Assembly: GCA_026770705.1 (NCBI GenBank)
Contig: JANJGN010000035.1
Span: 14,694,001-14,758,000, forward strand
Source: Isurus oxyrinchus
Taxonomy: Eukaryota
DNA: 64,000 nucleotides
Direction of reading: 5' to 3'
Made by a program: the position numbers and the translations under genes. The notes beneath the pieces are model-generated. The model did not search any database. It saw only the letters and a list, made by a program, of their open reading frames with translations, and was not told the DNA's origin. Positions 62,769 through 64,000 of the stretch are shown one piece after another. Each line of letters begins with the position of its first letter. The stretch's first letter is position 1.

Positions 62769-64000
62769 CGGCTTTAGCTCTGTGTATGTAGATTCAGCCT
62801 GCGAAATTCGGTTTTCAGCGTTTACATTTGGAAGGAATTCCTAAGACTCCACCTCCTTGCTGGTTGCACAAGTTCTTGCATTTGCCTTAAAGTGGTGGTT
62901 CCCTCAATATTACTTATTGCTTTCCACCAGAGAGCCACCAACTCCCTAAAAAAAACAGGAAAAATGAGGCAGCGTTTAATGGCCGAGGATTGGCGGGAAG
63001 TGCAAAGGTGAGGGCGTCTGGAAATTAATTGTGAAGAAAGTCTGTGGGGTTGGACGGTGGTGGTGGGCAGAGGGTAGTGAGATAGGATGTGAGGCAAAAA
63101 TCCGCTGAACAGACTTGGGAAGGAAATGCACAATTTGGACGATGCAATGTTCACTGTCAGCGACTAGAGGTCGCTGTGTCAAACGGCACTGAGGTCCTGC
63201 GCAACTCAGTCGGTAGAGCATCAGATTCTTAACATGAGAAACAAAAACAAGATAGCTGGAAAACTCAGTAGGTCTGACAGCATCTGGGAAAGGGATACAG
63301 TTAACGTTTCGAGCCCGCATGACTATTCGTCAGGACTGAGCATAGTGTTCAAGTCGTTGCTCCTGTGATGTTTTTAAAGCTGAATTTTCGATTGTCGTGC
63401 AAACCATTCATCCCCGCGAATTCGCTCTCATTTCCTTAAGTTATTTGAAAGATTTGCGACATGCTGGTTGCTTGTAAAAGGAAGAATATTATCTGATGCA
63501 ATATTTTAAAGTATTATGAATGTTTTCTTTCGAAATTATCAATTATTCTTTTCATCCAGCCCCAAGTAACACGGCTATGCGAAGCTGATCTTCCCTGCTC
63601 AAGGAATTTAACTCATTGAATTCCATCCAGGAAACTTAATTTCGGAATATAATTTACATTATAACATTTTCTGAATTTATTTTCAAGCTATGCAGACAAC
63701 TTCATGTCTCGAAGCGGTCATTCATAATGACTTTGCTTTAAAGACTAAATTAAGTAGTTATTTCAGGTAGCAATTTTTTTTCATTCATTCGCCAGTTGTG
63801 GTGTCCCATTTACAAGATGAACTGCAGCAACTCTCCAAAGCTTCTTGGCACCATCCAAACTCGCAGATTCCACCAAATTCAAGGGCAGGGAGAGTCAAGG
63901 GAACATCAACACCTGAAATTTCACTTCCAACCCACAGACAGTCCTAGTTTCGAACTCTATAGCAGTTGTTTCACTGTTGTTGGATTCAAGTCCCTGTTCT

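Larger units (their letters stand above)
5000..64000. repeat. Tandem tRNA-containing macrosatellite (units about 2.9-5.9 kb), continuing past the right edge
   Basis: The main tRNA-Lys copy recurs at 5381, 8743, 13882, 19782, 24903, 29908, 34113, 39120, 42522, 45432, 50285, 54497, 58322 and 61181 with collinear flanking modules. The left boundary is fuzzy, and 1-410 is also part of a unit. Confidence 0.95.

Noticed and set aside
25412-63320. Recurrent similar short ORFs (MSAQRPP.., MDDSHEN.., MEKRSRS.., MTQRPL..)
   Set aside because: They recur only because the DNA is repeated. Frames and stops vary between units and no domain is recognisable.
5000-64000. CRISPR-like or other prokaryotic system
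   Set aside because: No short constant repeats with unique spacers and no cas or operon-like ORFs; the content is eukaryotic.

Overview
Non-coding vertebrate genomic DNA, most likely from a cartilaginous fish (inferred from recalled shark-type LINE, SINE and Penelope-end repeats; not verified by a search). No credible protein-coding gene is present: the ORFs are decayed LINE reverse-transcriptase pieces or chance frames. From about 5 kb to the right end, the window is a tandem macrosatellite with units of about 3-6 kb. There are 14 'main' tRNA-Lys(TTT) copies on the minus strand; only two look intact (50285-50357 matches canonical vertebrate tRNA-Lys3 exactly; 42522-42594 has one D-loop change). 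A full unit is a higher-order repeat. It holds the main tRNA-Lys, two further minus-strand Lys relics, a tRNA-Val(TAC)-derived relic that often reads TGC, an inverted and split plus-strand Lys relic, two oppositely oriented Penelope-type termini with hammerhead-ribozyme cores, and passively carried LINE 3' ends. Units differ by microhomology deletions and were re-duplicated in blocks (about 9.2 kb and 15.75 kb offsets). The left 9 kb is older and more decayed, with LINE relics, DeuSINE-like relics and a solo LTR with a 5-bp target-site duplication. Coordinates of degenerate relics are approximate.
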